Notes: generated by a model not told the origin, from the letters alone. DNA of 64,000 nt from Leptolyngbyaceae cyanobacterium (GCA_965263355.1 CBDHHL010000056.1:1312001-1376000), one strand, 5' to 3'; positions 1 to 9,875 are shown, numbered from the stretch's first letter. Numbers and translations are program-made.

Positions 1-1358
1 GAGAAATGATATTTAGCATAATCTTGGAAAATGACACTTATTTGCTGTCGCATTTCTGTCACGTCAAATGTTCGCAAATCCATGTCATCAACTGTGATGC
101 GACCACTTGTTGGATCATAAAGACGGCAAAGTAGTTTGATGAGACTGGTTTTTCCTGAACCATTTTCACCTACCAGGGCAACTGTTTCTCCTGGGTTAAT
201 AGTTAGGGAAATATCTGTCAGGGCTTGGCGTTCAGTACCCTCATATTGAAAACTTACATTCTCAAACCGAATTCCTTTTTTTAAGGTTTTAGGAAATGCT
301 TTTGGTTGAGCAGGAACTTGGATTTGAGGTTGTAAATCAAGGAATTCATAGAGGTTGGTCAAAAAGAGATTATCTTCATATAAGCCAGACACACTTTTTA
401 CGAGTACTGCTAGTGCTGTGTGACCACGCTGCAGTGCCTGGTGATAAACCACTAAATCACCCAATTTTAGACGATTATTAAAGGTCTCATAAAGAATAAA
501 GCCATAGATGGCTGCAATAAAAATACCCGTAATCAATTGGGCTGCTAGCGAATAAATAGCTTTATAGGTGACCAGTTTAAGTTTAGCGTTGTAAATCTTT
601 TGGCGTAAATGGCGAAAACGTTGATTAAAGAGATCGCCTAAACTAAACAAACGTATTTCCTTGGCAAATAACTCTCCGGTTAATAGCCAGCCCAAATACA
701 TGGACTGACGGTCAACAGGTGTCCATTTTCGTTGCCAATGATAAAGTTTACGAGAGTAAATTACTTTAACAGCCAAACTTGGTAAGGCTGCTAGTAGTAA
801 AATGCCTGTGATGCCCCAATGAAGAGTGAGCAGCAAGCCTAGCATGGCGGCTAGAGAGATGAGGTTTTGCCCTACCTGAGCCAGTCTAGTGAGAATTTGA
901 TTGGGGCGATAGGTAGCTTCTTGCTGAGCACGCTGTAAAGTGTCGTGATAGCGAGCATTTTCATAATAAGCAAGATCTACCTCATAGGATTTGGCATATA
1001 AAATATGCCGCATATAGTCTGATACTTTCTGTGTTTGAGCGACTGCTATCAGCTCAGAAAAAGATGTGCAGAGTAACGTAATTAAGGCAATAAGACTAAT
1101 GGCTAATAAAGGTGGCCATAGTTGGGGGAATACATTAGTGAGCGTGTCTGTTGCATTCGCTGCAACTAATGCCTCAGTAAGTGAATCTACAATGAGTTTC
1201 GTCAGATAGATAGTGGCGGTGGGTAAAAGACCTTGTAATATGATGAGAGCAACCCGAACCACTGTCCACTTTGGACTACTTTGCCAGACCAGTTGTAGTG
1301 CAGGCCGTAGCAAACTAACGAATTTAAGTTTTTTCCTGACATATCTTAAAACTTGCAT
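1..1358 (-). CDS. ABC transporter, fused permease/ATPase (lasso-cluster exporter, D-like); 3' end runs off the window
   Basis: Not in the ORF track. Hand translation from ATG 1358 gives MQVLRYVRKKLKFVSLLRPALQLVWQSSPKWTVVRVALIILQGLLP. Sampled segments (361-540, 121-180) stay in frame and include TM stretches and Walker A ALVGENGSGKTSLIKLL near 125-180. Confidence 0.9.
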   Translation of the reverse strand, partial: MQVLRYVRKKLKFVSLLRPALQLVWQSSPKWTVVRVALIILQGLLPTATIYLTKLIVDSLTEALVAANATDTLTNVFPQLWPPLLAISLIALITLLCTSFSELIAVAQTQKVSDYMRHILYAKSYEVDLAYYENARYHDTLQRAQQEATYRPNQILTRLAQVGQNLISLAAMLGLLLTLHWGITGILLLAALPSLAVKVIYSRKLYHWQRKWTPVDRQSMYLGWLLTGELFAKEIRLFSLGDLFNQRFRHLRQKIYNAKLKLVTYKAIYSLAAQLITGIFIAAIYGFILYETFNNRLKLGDLVVYHQALQRGHTALAVLVKSVSGLYEDNLFLTNLYEFLDLQPQIQVPAQPKAFPKTLKKGIRFENVSFQYEGTERQALTDISLTINPGETVALVGENGSGKTSLIKLLCRLYDPTSGRITVDDMDLRTFDVTEMRQQISVIFQDYAKYHF

Positions 1359-1392
1359 AGTGTTTATGGCATGGCTGCCAATGGTGTTGATA

Positions 1393-2256
1393 CTACCCTA
1401 AATCTGTTTTGATGGTGTTGATAAGCTCAGGTAATTGTTGCAATGATTGCCTTTTGGGTAGTTGTGCTACAGGCACTGTTTTTAGTAAATGTTGACACTG
1501 CTCAAAATGAGTCCGCATAAAGTCTGGCCCCACCAGCGTATTCATAGTGCGTGAATAGCTTACCAAGCTCATAAAAGCCTGCGCACCTGAGACAGGTTCT
1601 ATCGTTGTTGACGATTCGCCACCCAATAGATACAGCTTCTTTAAAAGGATAGAGCGCTCAAAGAAATGAGTTTCTACTGGATGGATTCGTTTATTTGTAG
1701 AAGCGCCAAAGTCTATGGGAGAGTTAAGATGCTTTGCAGCAGTCACAGCTGAATCAGGCAAAAGCTTTACGAGTGGATAACTGGGAATAGCAAAGCATCC
1801 CTTCGTTTGAATATCAACGGTTAGGACATCATCGGTAATCAGGTCATGGCCCTGGCTATGAAATGCTGTTGCTAGGGTAGATTTTCCCCAACCTGAATGA
1901 CCTAGAAAAGCAATCGCTTCAGATCCAATGCGAACACTACTGCCATGTAAAATCAGATAACCTCTCTGGCGTAGGATAACAGACATGCCAGCAGCTAGTA
2001 CACTAACTCTGAGAAGTTCAGAATCAACATTTGCAACAGGAGAGACAATTAGCTCGCAGCCCTCCTTAAATAAAAAGTTAGCAATATCAGGTAAAGAGCC
2101 ACATAGTTGATTCGTTGTGTTGAGCTGCTCTTCTTTGCTTAAATCTAAAGTCTCGAGTCTTATATTTACATCTGGTTTATCTGATAGAGGTTGAGTATTT
2201 AGCAGTGATATATCACTTGAAATTGTTAGGCCGTATGCACTAAATAGATAAGCCAT
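1393..2256 (-). CDS. HPr kinase/phosphorylase-like kinase (lasso-peptide kinase type)
   Basis: LHGSSV...FLGHSGWGKSTLA (P-loop)...LITDDV motifs; lies between the precursor and the exporter. Confidence 0.85.
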   Translation of the reverse strand: MAYLFSAYGLTISSDISLLNTQPLSDKPDVNIRLETLDLSKEEQLNTTNQLCGSLPDIANFLFKEGCELIVSPVANVDSELLRVSVLAAGMSVILRQRGYLILHGSSVRIGSEAIAFLGHSGWGKSTLATAFHSQGHDLITDDVLTVDIQTKGCFAIPSYPLVKLLPDSAVTAAKHLNSPIDFGASTNKRIHPVETHFFERSILLKKLYLLGGESSTTIEPVSGAQAFMSLVSYSRTMNTLVGPDFMRTHFEQCQHLLKTVPVAQLPKRQSLQQLPELINTIKTDLG

Positions 2257-2375
2257 AACTATTTATTGAGTAAATAGTATCAATTAATACTTTAATCTTC
2301 TAACACCATTTAGAATAATATCTAAATTAAGTAAGCGAGGTTTCTTGCTGTAACTAGCATTACATCCTTTATTAA

Positions 2376-2400
2376 CAGCCCCCGGATTATCCGAGGGCTG
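2376..2400 (-). terminator. GC-rich hairpin immediately downstream of the precursor gene (terminator or stabiliser)
   Basis: Minus-strand CAGCCCTCGGA-TAA-TCCGGGGGCTG stem, 7 nt after the precursor stop; weak U tail. Confidence 0.55.
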
Positions 2401-2407
2401 ATTTGCC

Positions 2408-2578
2408 TTAAAGCGTGGTGTTAACGATTACATCATTAGAGCCAGTTTGATTAAGACCTAATAATGGATTACCATTAACAATAGTTGCATCAGACTGAGG
2501 TGCGCCTCCTGTAGCCTGAGTAAGCTCCTTTGCATTCCCAAAAGAGTTAAGCTTGGGTGCCTTGTATGCTTTCTTCAT
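2408..2578 (-). CDS. Lasso peptide precursor (A), 56 aa: MKKAYKAPKLNSFGNAKELTQ-ATGGAPQSDATIVNGNPLLGLNQTGSNDVIVNTTL
   Basis: Hand translated (below the ORF-track cutoff). GGAG RBS upstream; leader has YxxPxL (YKAPKL), Gly and Thr at -2; core Ala1 and Asp9; adjacent to the cyclase. Confidence 0.92.
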   Translation of the reverse strand: MKKAYKAPKLNSFGNAKELTQATGGAPQSDATIVNGNPLLGLNQTGSNDVIVNTTL

Positions 2579-2708
2579 GTACTTTTCTCCGATTTTAATG
2601 GATATTAATTGACAGGAATCAGTTAGTAGATGCGCCCATTATTCTACTAATAAAAAACTCTATAAGTCATCTACTAAAGTCTTATATTAGTATCAGATTT
2701 TAATATCT

Positions 2709-4736
2709 TCATCCAGTCTCCTTAGATTCAATAAAAGAGAACCAAATTGCCATTGTCATCGCAGACCAGATAATGCCGCTATCTTTTTCAGAAAGCTCTT
2801 GATTGCTCACAAAAAGCCTGCTGAGCTTTAGAAAGAAACTATAATTAATATAGTTGCTGATTAATGCTTCAGAATCAGAGAGTAGTTTTTCTAATCTAGT
2901 CTTATCAAATTTATTTAAAGTTCCATGAAATGCCTGTGCTGGAGTTTTTTTCCAATGACGCCATTGGATTTCGTGGGGTAATATATTTTCCATGGCTCGT
3001 CTTAAGATTACCCTTGACCAACCTCTATAAAGCTTCTGCTGAGATGGAACAGCAAGACAAAACTCTACTAATCTTTTATCTAAAAATGGATAGCGAGTTT
3101 CAATTGAGAAGGCGTAGCTCATCAGATCCATTATTTCTAAAGGGATTATAAAGAGACCTCCTGAAATTTTTTCCCATTGTCTATATCGAACAACTTGAGG
3201 TCCATCATGCGTAGTTTGTGGCGCTGATGTAGATCTTTTATTTTTTATGAGATCCCAGAAATCTTCTCTAATCAGAGATTGTGATTTATCTTTATCTATT
3301 TCTTTCCTCTGTCTTACCCAGTTATCTCTGCAGAATATCGCAAATTCTTTAAGCAATCCTGGTATCAATCCCTTTAAACAATAATCAACCACCAGTTGAG
3401 CTTTAGAAATGCATAACATGGGAGCAAGGTTATTTATAGCTCTAGCAATTAAAATAATCTTGCGTTGTTCTACTAGTTTTTCTAGTTGAGGTAATCCATG
3501 CTGTTTAGCTAGCAAAGAAAGCGGATAATTAGTCTTCTCACTTAGTTGATTAGCCTCTTGGACAAAAAGGTGCCATTGATTTTGACAGGCAATTTCTGTC
3601 AACCTCATGATTCCATGGGAAACGATGGTATCACCGTCAAACCCATTCAAAAGAATACGAACATCGGTTTGCTTCGCCATTTTATTGATGCCCCACATTA
3701 AATATCCATTGCCAATGGTGGGTTCTTCAACAGACTTAAACATTTCTACGCAGTTTGTCAGTGGTCCTGAGCGATCAGCATGGATGTAGTGGGGGATAAA
3801 ATCGTCATGATTGAGCACAAGGTCAATATATTCACGCTCATCAGACTCAGGAAAGTCATCAAAAATGTTAGAAAACGTATGTAGTTCTTGTTTTCCATGT
3901 TTCTGTAATAGGTTGCGAGCGGTGCAGGCAATAGATGAGGAGTCTAAGCCGCCACTCAGGTGGGAACCAATGGGAAACGCACTACGTAACCGACAATACA
4001 CGGCCTCTGTAAACAGCTTTTTGAAAGTTTTGGCGTAGTCTTCGTCAGATTCTAAGCAAATTTCACGGGTGGGGTCTAATGCCCAATATTTTTGAGGTTT
4101 GGAATATCCTTGAGCTGTGACGATTAGGCTGCTAGCAGGGGGTAAACGCCAAATATCTTGATACGAGGTGATCTCTTTGTCGTCTAGGTGACCTGTGAGA
4201 TAGTCTGCAATTCTTGCTTCGTTGATTTTGCAAGGAATACTTGATAGTCGTATTAATGCTTTAATTTCTGAAGCAAAAAGAAATCGGTGGTCAGATTTAT
4301 AGTAGTAAAAAGGTTTGACTCCAAAATGATCGCGGGCACAAAATAGCTGCTGTCCATCCCAAATTGAAAAGGCGAAGTCTCCAAGTAAATGATCAGGACA
4401 ATCTGTGCCCCATTTTTCATAGGCTGCCAAAATAAATTCGCTATCGGCAATCTTCTCTAATGGTCGATTGGGTAACGTTAGTACTCTAGCTAGCTCATCC
4501 CGGTTGTCAATACGTGCTTCAGCAGTGATCGATAAATTACCCTTTACCAAAGGGAGCCGTTCATTGAGTGATTCCGGGGTTGTCCAGAGCATACGGTGGC
4601 CCATACCGACGGAGCCGTCATACCAGATATCAGAGCTATCAGGACCACGATGGGCTAAAATTTCAACCATTTGATGTAGCTCATTGGCGTCTATTAGCTT
4701 CTGATTTAGATGGTATATACCGACAATACCACTCAT
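2709..4736 (-). CDS. Lasso peptide cyclase (C), asparagine-synthetase-like
   Basis: MSGIVG start (Ser instead of the catalytic Cys of AsnB), HRGPD, RDHFGVKPFYY, SHLSGGLDSS ATP motif, ETRYPFLD; overlaps B2. Confidence 0.92.
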   Translation of the reverse strand: MSGIVGIYHLNQKLIDANELHQMVEILAHRGPDSSDIWYDGSVGMGHRMLWTTPESLNERLPLVKGNLSITAEARIDNRDELARVLTLPNRPLEKIADSEFILAAYEKWGTDCPDHLLGDFAFSIWDGQQLFCARDHFGVKPFYYYKSDHRFLFASEIKALIRLSSIPCKINEARIADYLTGHLDDKEITSYQDIWRLPPASSLIVTAQGYSKPQKYWALDPTREICLESDEDYAKTFKKLFTEAVYCRLRSAFPIGSHLSGGLDSSSIACTARNLLQKHGKQELHTFSNIFDDFPESDEREYIDLVLNHDDFIPHYIHADRSGPLTNCVEMFKSVEEPTIGNGYLMWGINKMAKQTDVRILLNGFDGDTIVSHGIMRLTEIACQNQWHLFVQEANQLSEKTNYPLSLLAKQHGLPQLEKLVEQRKIILIARAINNLAPMLCISKAQLVVDYCLKGLIPGLLKEFAIFCRDNWVRQRKEIDKDKSQSLIREDFWDLIKNKRSTSAPQTTHDGPQVVRYRQWEKISGGLFIIPLEIMDLMSYAFSIETRYPFLDKRLVEFCLAVPSQQKLYRGWSRVILRRAMENILPHEIQWRHWKKTPAQAFHGTLNKFDKTRLEKLLSDSEALISNYINYSFFLKLSRLFVSNQELSEKDSGIIWSAMTMAIWFSFIESKETG

Positions 4737-5182
4737 CGTTTGACTCCTATTGCAGATAGTGGTTTAAATCGATTCAAATCCTTTAACCAGCCAATGATGA
4801 CCTGGTTTTGATATTCGATCCAGGCATGGGCTTCTAAGTCATTTGAATCACTTTTGGCAACACCAATATGTAACTGATGGTCATAGCCATATCGATTGAG
4901 CAGGAGTTGAGCTGTTAGTGCCTTTACCAAACATTTAGCGCCTCCGGGAGTGTAGTGGCTGCTAAGGGTAACGGCCCATATAATAAATCTCAAAGAGACT
5001 GACTCATGCTCACAGGTCCACACAGAAGTAATCTGTGCTAATTGATGTCTAACTGTATTGAAAGAAAATAGCCACAGGGCAAGACGCAAACTGTTAATCA
5101 GCAAACAAGCGTAGCAAATTACCTTGCGCTCATGCCATGACAAGCTCCATAGCTTAGATAGACGTCTCATCACTGACCTCAA
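4733..5182 (-). CDS. Lasso peptide leader peptidase (B2, transglutaminase-like)
   Basis: AKCLVKAL (Cys), IGVAK and EAHAWIE (His/acidic) motifs; lies between B1 and C. The start may be a few codons downstream. Confidence 0.9.
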   Translation of the reverse strand: MRSVMRRLSKLWSLSWHERKVICYACLLINSLRLALWLFSFNTVRHQLAQITSVWTCEHESVSLRFIIWAVTLSSHYTPGGAKCLVKALTAQLLLNRYGYDHQLHIGVAKSDSNDLEAHAWIEYQNQVIIGWLKDLNRFKPLSAIGVKR

Positions 5183-5462
5183 TCAGACAAGCTGCTTTCA
5201 TATCTTCAAGAATCCGTGTAAGGTCTTGTTTGCAGATGTCGGGTTCTACATCATATTCTGCAACTAATTTTTGATATATATCGTCAAAGGAACAAGGTTG
5301 CTGAATGAGTTCCCAGATACGTGCTCCTACTTCATTCAGGCCATAGTAAATACCTGAAGTCAAATTTAATATGATTGCTTCTCCCCCTAACTCAGATGCA
5401 ATTTGATCTTGAGCTGGTGAAATAGTCGCAATTGATGAAATATCTCCAATCTGTAAAGACAT
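5154..5462 (-). CDS. PqqD-family RiPP recognition element (lasso B1)
   Basis: ELGGEAIILNLTSGIYYGLNEVGARIWELI...AEYDV, a typical RRE; overlaps B2. Confidence 0.92.
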   Translation of the reverse strand: MSLQIGDISSIATISPAQDQIASELGGEAIILNLTSGIYYGLNEVGARIWELIQQPCSFDDIYQKLVAEYDVEPDICKQDLTRILEDMKAACLIEVSDETSI

Positions 5463-5661
5463 GGCTGATTAAGTATAAGAAAGGTTTAGTAATCTTGCTC
5501 TGTTGCTATACAATCTCTACGTAGTGCCATGGTGCTCAGCATAGACTGATTAGCCTAGTTATTTTCTCCAAAGAAGAAGTTCTATATCTGAAAAAAATAT
5601 TGATTTTGGCATCAACTTCATCAAAAAAAACTAACTTTTTACTTATATTTTGCAGTTTTTT

Positions 5662-6999
5662 TTAAGAGGCTTGCTTGAGGCATAGCTCATGCCAGCGCAG
5701 ACCAATTAACACGATACTGGTTAATGCAAAGCCAGGTTCTTCCATCAGAGTAAAAATGAAACCATTAACTAAAAAGTTCAGTACTAAGAATCGAGATACA
5801 TCATCTCTACAGGTTTTTCTCCAGGTTATGAACCATAAGGCGATATAACTAATCAAACCTAAAAATCCTAAATCTCCCCAGATGCCAGCCCAACCCCATA
5901 ACGGTGAGAAAAAGCTAGAGTCTAGGTAATGCCCTTGCCAGGCTTCCCATACTGCCTCACTAGCTGGATGGATTGTTGCGCCTAGTGACCCAACCAAGGA
6001 CCAATAATCTTTAAGCATCCAACCGCCAATGCGACCAATGGTATGTCCAGGACCTAAGCCCAGTAGCCAGTGGAAAGCAGAGGTATAGTAGGTAGGAATA
6101 ATTCTTAAAGGTTCAGTTTTCAAGAGGGTAGCATCACCATTAGGACCGTAAATCTCAGGGCGAATCCAAGTTTGATAAGCATGAAAAAGTTCTACATTAT
6201 AAATGCACCAGTAGAATGCATAACCGATTAAAAGTGCTGCAATGATATATTGAAAGGCGACTCTAAGGTCGGTAATCTTACTAAGGATCAGACATCCCCA
6301 AGCCAGAATCGCTACAAAAAGTACTTGTTTAGCATCTGCAAATAAGATTTGGCTTAGGACTGCGCCTAGTACAGAAATACGTACCCAAAGTGGTACCGTT
6401 TTGGCACTAACGTAGTAATACAGGCCAAATACTAAAGACGCACTAGCACCGACTACATGGCCGCCGGAGGATAAGTAAAAGACACCCTGAACATTGTCTT
6501 CAAGGGTCATGCGGGTATGTCTGAGCAGCCCCGTTTCCAAGCCAACTTTTTGGCTCAGTGCTAATCCAATATGAATAGCTCCAAAGCCAAGAATCCACTT
6601 TTTGAAACGGCTGAGAGATTCTGTTGTGAATGGAATAGAAATTATCGCTGTTAAAAAGATAAAGGGTTCTGAAATAATCATGAGCCCAAGAAAGACGTTA
6701 ACTAGCCCTGCATTATTTAGTAACGCACTGGCGGTTGCGATCGCAAACAATCCCATTAATCCACTAATCAATGCCTTCACAATAGTCAGCTGCTGTCGGT
6801 TTTGTCGTCGACTGCTAAACACAACCAAACTACAGGCAACAGGTGCCACCATAAAATGAACAAAATTTATTGGAGCCGGAGCCCCAAGTGACTGAAGAAT
6901 TCTTGGAAAAAAGGCAGCTGCAAATGCAATTATTAACAAGCGTGAGCTTGAAATAAAGCCTGCTTCTGCTTTGGAACGAGGGAGAGATTGAGTCTGCAT
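5662..6999 (-). CDS. Polytopic membrane protein, probable Wzy polymerase / O-antigen-ligase-like
   Basis: About 12 hydrophobic segments, a large periplasmic loop with LLGLGPG and a GDLGFLG segment; last gene of the GT arm. Confidence 0.6.
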   Translation of the reverse strand: MQTQSLPRSKAEAGFISSSRLLIIAFAAAFFPRILQSLGAPAPINFVHFMVAPVACSLVVFSSRRQNRQQLTIVKALISGLMGLFAIATASALLNNAGLVNVFLGLMIISEPFIFLTAIISIPFTTESLSRFKKWILGFGAIHIGLALSQKVGLETGLLRHTRMTLEDNVQGVFYLSSGGHVVGASASLVFGLYYYVSAKTVPLWVRISVLGAVLSQILFADAKQVLFVAILAWGCLILSKITDLRVAFQYIIAALLIGYAFYWCIYNVELFHAYQTWIRPEIYGPNGDATLLKTEPLRIIPTYYTSAFHWLLGLGPGHTIGRIGGWMLKDYWSLVGSLGATIHPASEAVWEAWQGHYLDSSFFSPLWGWAGIWGDLGFLGLISYIALWFITWRKTCRDDVSRFLVLNFLVNGFIFTLMEEPGFALTSIVLIGLRWHELCLKQAS

Positions 7000-8198
7000 T
7001 ATGGCAATATGGCCGCTGATGTTTGGGCAGATAAAGAAACTGGTAACAAGTTAGAATAGATAGATACCAGTTGCTTATAATTTGCTGTGGCTGTATAGTT
7101 CGCTTCAAACTCGGCACGGGCATTCCGCCGCATCTGTGCACATGCATCAGGCTGATTTAACATCCAAGTGACTTGACGTGCTAAATCACTCGAGTCGCCT
7201 GGGTTGAAATGTAAACCGGTATAGCCAGATTTCACAATTTCTGTAATGGCACCGATTTTAGAGGCAATCACAGGAGTGCCTGTTGCAAATGCTTCTACAG
7301 CTACACGACCAAACGTTTCGTACCATTTAGAAGGAAATATCAAAAACTTGGCTTCCCCCATCAGCTGATGTACTTCAGCCATAGGCCGACGGCCTAACCA
7401 TTCTATGTGTGATTGTTGTTGAGCTGCTTCAGTTACCAATGTAGACAGAGGGCCATCACCGACAACTTTTAGTGGAAAGGATACGTTTAACTGCCGCCAT
7501 GCAGCCAGTAGAGTATCTAAGCCTTTTTCCACTGATAAGCGACCTACAAAAAGGGCGTAATTACCTTTGCCATTACCTACACTTGGTTCTGGAGCAACAA
7601 AGTTTGGTTTGACCACAATTTTGTTGGCAGATAGACCTCCTTCAATAAATTTTTGACGTGCAAACTCTGTCAATGCAATATAGCGATCGACTTTACTATG
7701 CCAGGTATTTATGGCTCTATGGGCTGACAGCATAGCTGCCACTCCTGCACTGGCGATGCGATTTTCTCGATAACAGCCGTGCATAATGCCTGGGTAGGGA
7801 ATCGGCTTGCCGACACATGATTCACACACTTGGCCTTGCCGAAAAAATAGCCCATTAGGACACACCAAACGATAGTTATGCAGGGTTTGGACTACAGGAA
7901 TTCCTTCCGCCTTGGCTGCGTAATAAATAGAAGGGGAGATAAGGGGAAAGAAGTTTTGGACATGCACAATATCGTAGTGATTTTGCGAAAGGCTTTGACG
8001 AATGGTCTGATACGTTTTTTTCGACCAAACAGTCTGCGCTGCTAGCGTTAGTTTAGTAGCCTGAGAAATACTGTCGTTGTTTTCTTCGTAGAGGTCTACA
8101 TGGTGCCCATGCTGGCGCAACAGTTCCACCTCGGCTTCGTAGCATTCTTCTTCGCCACCTCGAATTTGATAGCGGTTGTGAACCCCTAGGATACGCAT
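6999..8198 (-). CDS. Glycosyltransferase family 4
   Basis: MRILGVHNRYQIRGGEE start (ATG 8198), FVGRLSVEKG, YETFGRVAVEAFATGTPVI. Confidence 0.9.
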   Translation of the reverse strand: MRILGVHNRYQIRGGEEECYEAEVELLRQHGHHVDLYEENNDSISQATKLTLAAQTVWSKKTYQTIRQSLSQNHYDIVHVQNFFPLISPSIYYAAKAEGIPVVQTLHNYRLVCPNGLFFRQGQVCESCVGKPIPYPGIMHGCYRENRIASAGVAAMLSAHRAINTWHSKVDRYIALTEFARQKFIEGGLSANKIVVKPNFVAPEPSVGNGKGNYALFVGRLSVEKGLDTLLAAWRQLNVSFPLKVVGDGPLSTLVTEAAQQQSHIEWLGRRPMAEVHQLMGEAKFLIFPSKWYETFGRVAVEAFATGTPVIASKIGAITEIVKSGYTGLHFNPGDSSDLARQVTWMLNQPDACAQMRRNARAEFEANYTATANYKQLVSIYSNLLPVSLSAQTSAAILP

Positions 8199-8714
8199 GT
8201 GCAATTTAGTCCAAGCTTTCTTCAAATCTACACAATCTCGCTCAAAAGTCAGGGCAGTTTATGAGATATATTCTAAACACCTGAAATGTTGCCATCCAGA
8301 CCTTTCAAGGTGTGCTGGCAATAAGTTTTACATTTGGACGAAGCTATCATTTGGTAAGGATTGGGACCTTACTCTGTAATTTAGACTGGCAGGTCAAATG
8401 TACTATTTTTAGATAATTTTGGCTAGTTTAGAGCTACGTAAGAAGTAATACTCCAAAAAAATAAACTATTGCTATCAGGAACCTTGAATTTATAGACAAA
8501 GCTTTCTTAAACTTTGAAAGCTAGGTTTATTTCCTAGAGAGGCTTTTGAAAATTATTAAAAATATTCATTTGACCTTGAAAGGGCTGATGTTGATATCCT
8601 AAAATACCTATACGGAAAAATAAATACTGCACTTATCTGCAGAAACTCTCTAGTAGTAGCTCGTGAGCTACCTACTATGAACAACCCTCAGTTAATACAT
8701 TTCCTTGATACAAG

Positions 8715-9740
8715 CTATGCTTTCTTGCTAGAAGAATAGCCCAATACTTGTGGCACAAACCTTTTCATAAAAATTGAAATACACACAGTAACAAAAGTTG
8801 CTAATGCAGTATAAATTATTGCTATCCCGATCCCCTTATCAAATATTGCTTTGTCTATATTCAATCCATATACTAGGAAGCCTGTAATTAGAGGAATAAC
8901 TAAGAGATGAGTTGAAAAAATAACTAATGTGTTTTCACCGATAATTGAGAGCACAGGATTATGTGGGATTAGTTTAGAAATAAAAGAAAATAAGAAGATT
9001 CCAGAAAATGCAGCTATATAAAACAAAAAATAGTTACCATAATCGCCTATATAAAATTCCACAGTAGAATTCAGAAAAGCTGTGAGTATAAATACCAAAA
9101 GCAATATAACTGCTATATACCAGCGTTGAATCCAAAGTTGATCATTACTATGTAACTGAAAACTAAGAATATAACCTACAGTAAAGAATACGAGTCCAGT
9201 CAAAGAAATTCCTAGGTTCCAAGGTATTGCTATGCCTTCAGGTGCCTTACACATATACCCAAGCACGGATATAGGCAGTAGCATAAAAGTGAATAAGAAC
9301 TTTCTGTTTCGTAATTTAAATAAAAAATAAAAATATATCTGAGTCGTAAATAATGCAGTAAAAAACCAGAGAGCAACATTATTACTAATCCATCCTTCCA
9401 CAGCTGTACCATAAAAAATACCAATCAATGCTTTTGGTGGGTCAAATGATTGAGCCTTAAAGTTTTGAAGAAAAAAAAGCCATATAAAAAAGGTTGATAT
9501 TGAGAAGAAAAGGTAGGGAATTAATAATCTCTGAGCCATCTTCTTTAAAACTAAAATAAATTTTTCCTCATAGAAACTGTCTTTTACTAAAAGCCCTGAA
9601 ACAAAGAAAAATAGTGGTATAAAAAAAGACTTTATATAAACTTCAAACCACATTCCACTAACACGACCTGTATGTACTAAAACTACTAATAAAATCCCAA
9701 TTGCACGTAGATTATCTATCCAATATATCCGCTTACTCAT
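8715..9740 (-). CDS. Acyltransferase-3 family membrane O-acetyltransferase
   Basis: RIYWIDNLRAIGILLVVLVH, FFIPLFFFVSG, RLLIPY, LWFF and GENTLVIF motifs; about 10 TM segments. Confidence 0.88.
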   Translation of the reverse strand: MSKRIYWIDNLRAIGILLVVLVHTGRVSGMWFEVYIKSFFIPLFFFVSGLLVKDSFYEEKFILVLKKMAQRLLIPYLFFSISTFFIWLFFLQNFKAQSFDPPKALIGIFYGTAVEGWISNNVALWFFTALFTTQIYFYFLFKLRNRKFLFTFMLLPISVLGYMCKAPEGIAIPWNLGISLTGLVFFTVGYILSFQLHSNDQLWIQRWYIAVILLLVFILTAFLNSTVEFYIGDYGNYFLFYIAAFSGIFLFSFISKLIPHNPVLSIIGENTLVIFSTHLLVIPLITGFLVYGLNIDKAIFDKGIGIAIIYTALATFVTVCISIFMKRFVPQVLGYSSSKKA

Positions 9741-9875
9741 AGTATTTTAATGGTATAAATTTAGTATAAAAATATCTTTTTTGATAACATCTTGAAAATT
9801 CAACTGTAAATAATAAGCGTGGTTTTTCAGGAGCTACGACAAAAAGAATTCTCTAAACTAAAGAATAAATTGGAG

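Noticed and set aside
296..1401. Short plus-strand ORFs 296-481 and 1213-1401
   Set aside because: Antisense to the ABC transporter frame and lacking motifs; the same applies to the many short shadow ORFs inside larger genes across the window.
2489..2506. Alternative core start at Gly25, using Thr23 as the -2 residue
   Set aside because: It would put Asp at position 6, too small for a lasso ring (7-9 residues); Ala22 start gives Asp9.
2709..4736. Asparagine synthetase (asnB) for EPS amidation
   Set aside because: Lacks the N-terminal catalytic Cys and is flanked by an RRE, a B2 peptidase and a lasso-type precursor.
5154..5462. pqqD of PQQ biosynthesis
   Set aside because: No pqqA/B/C/E nearby; the context indicates a lasso RRE.
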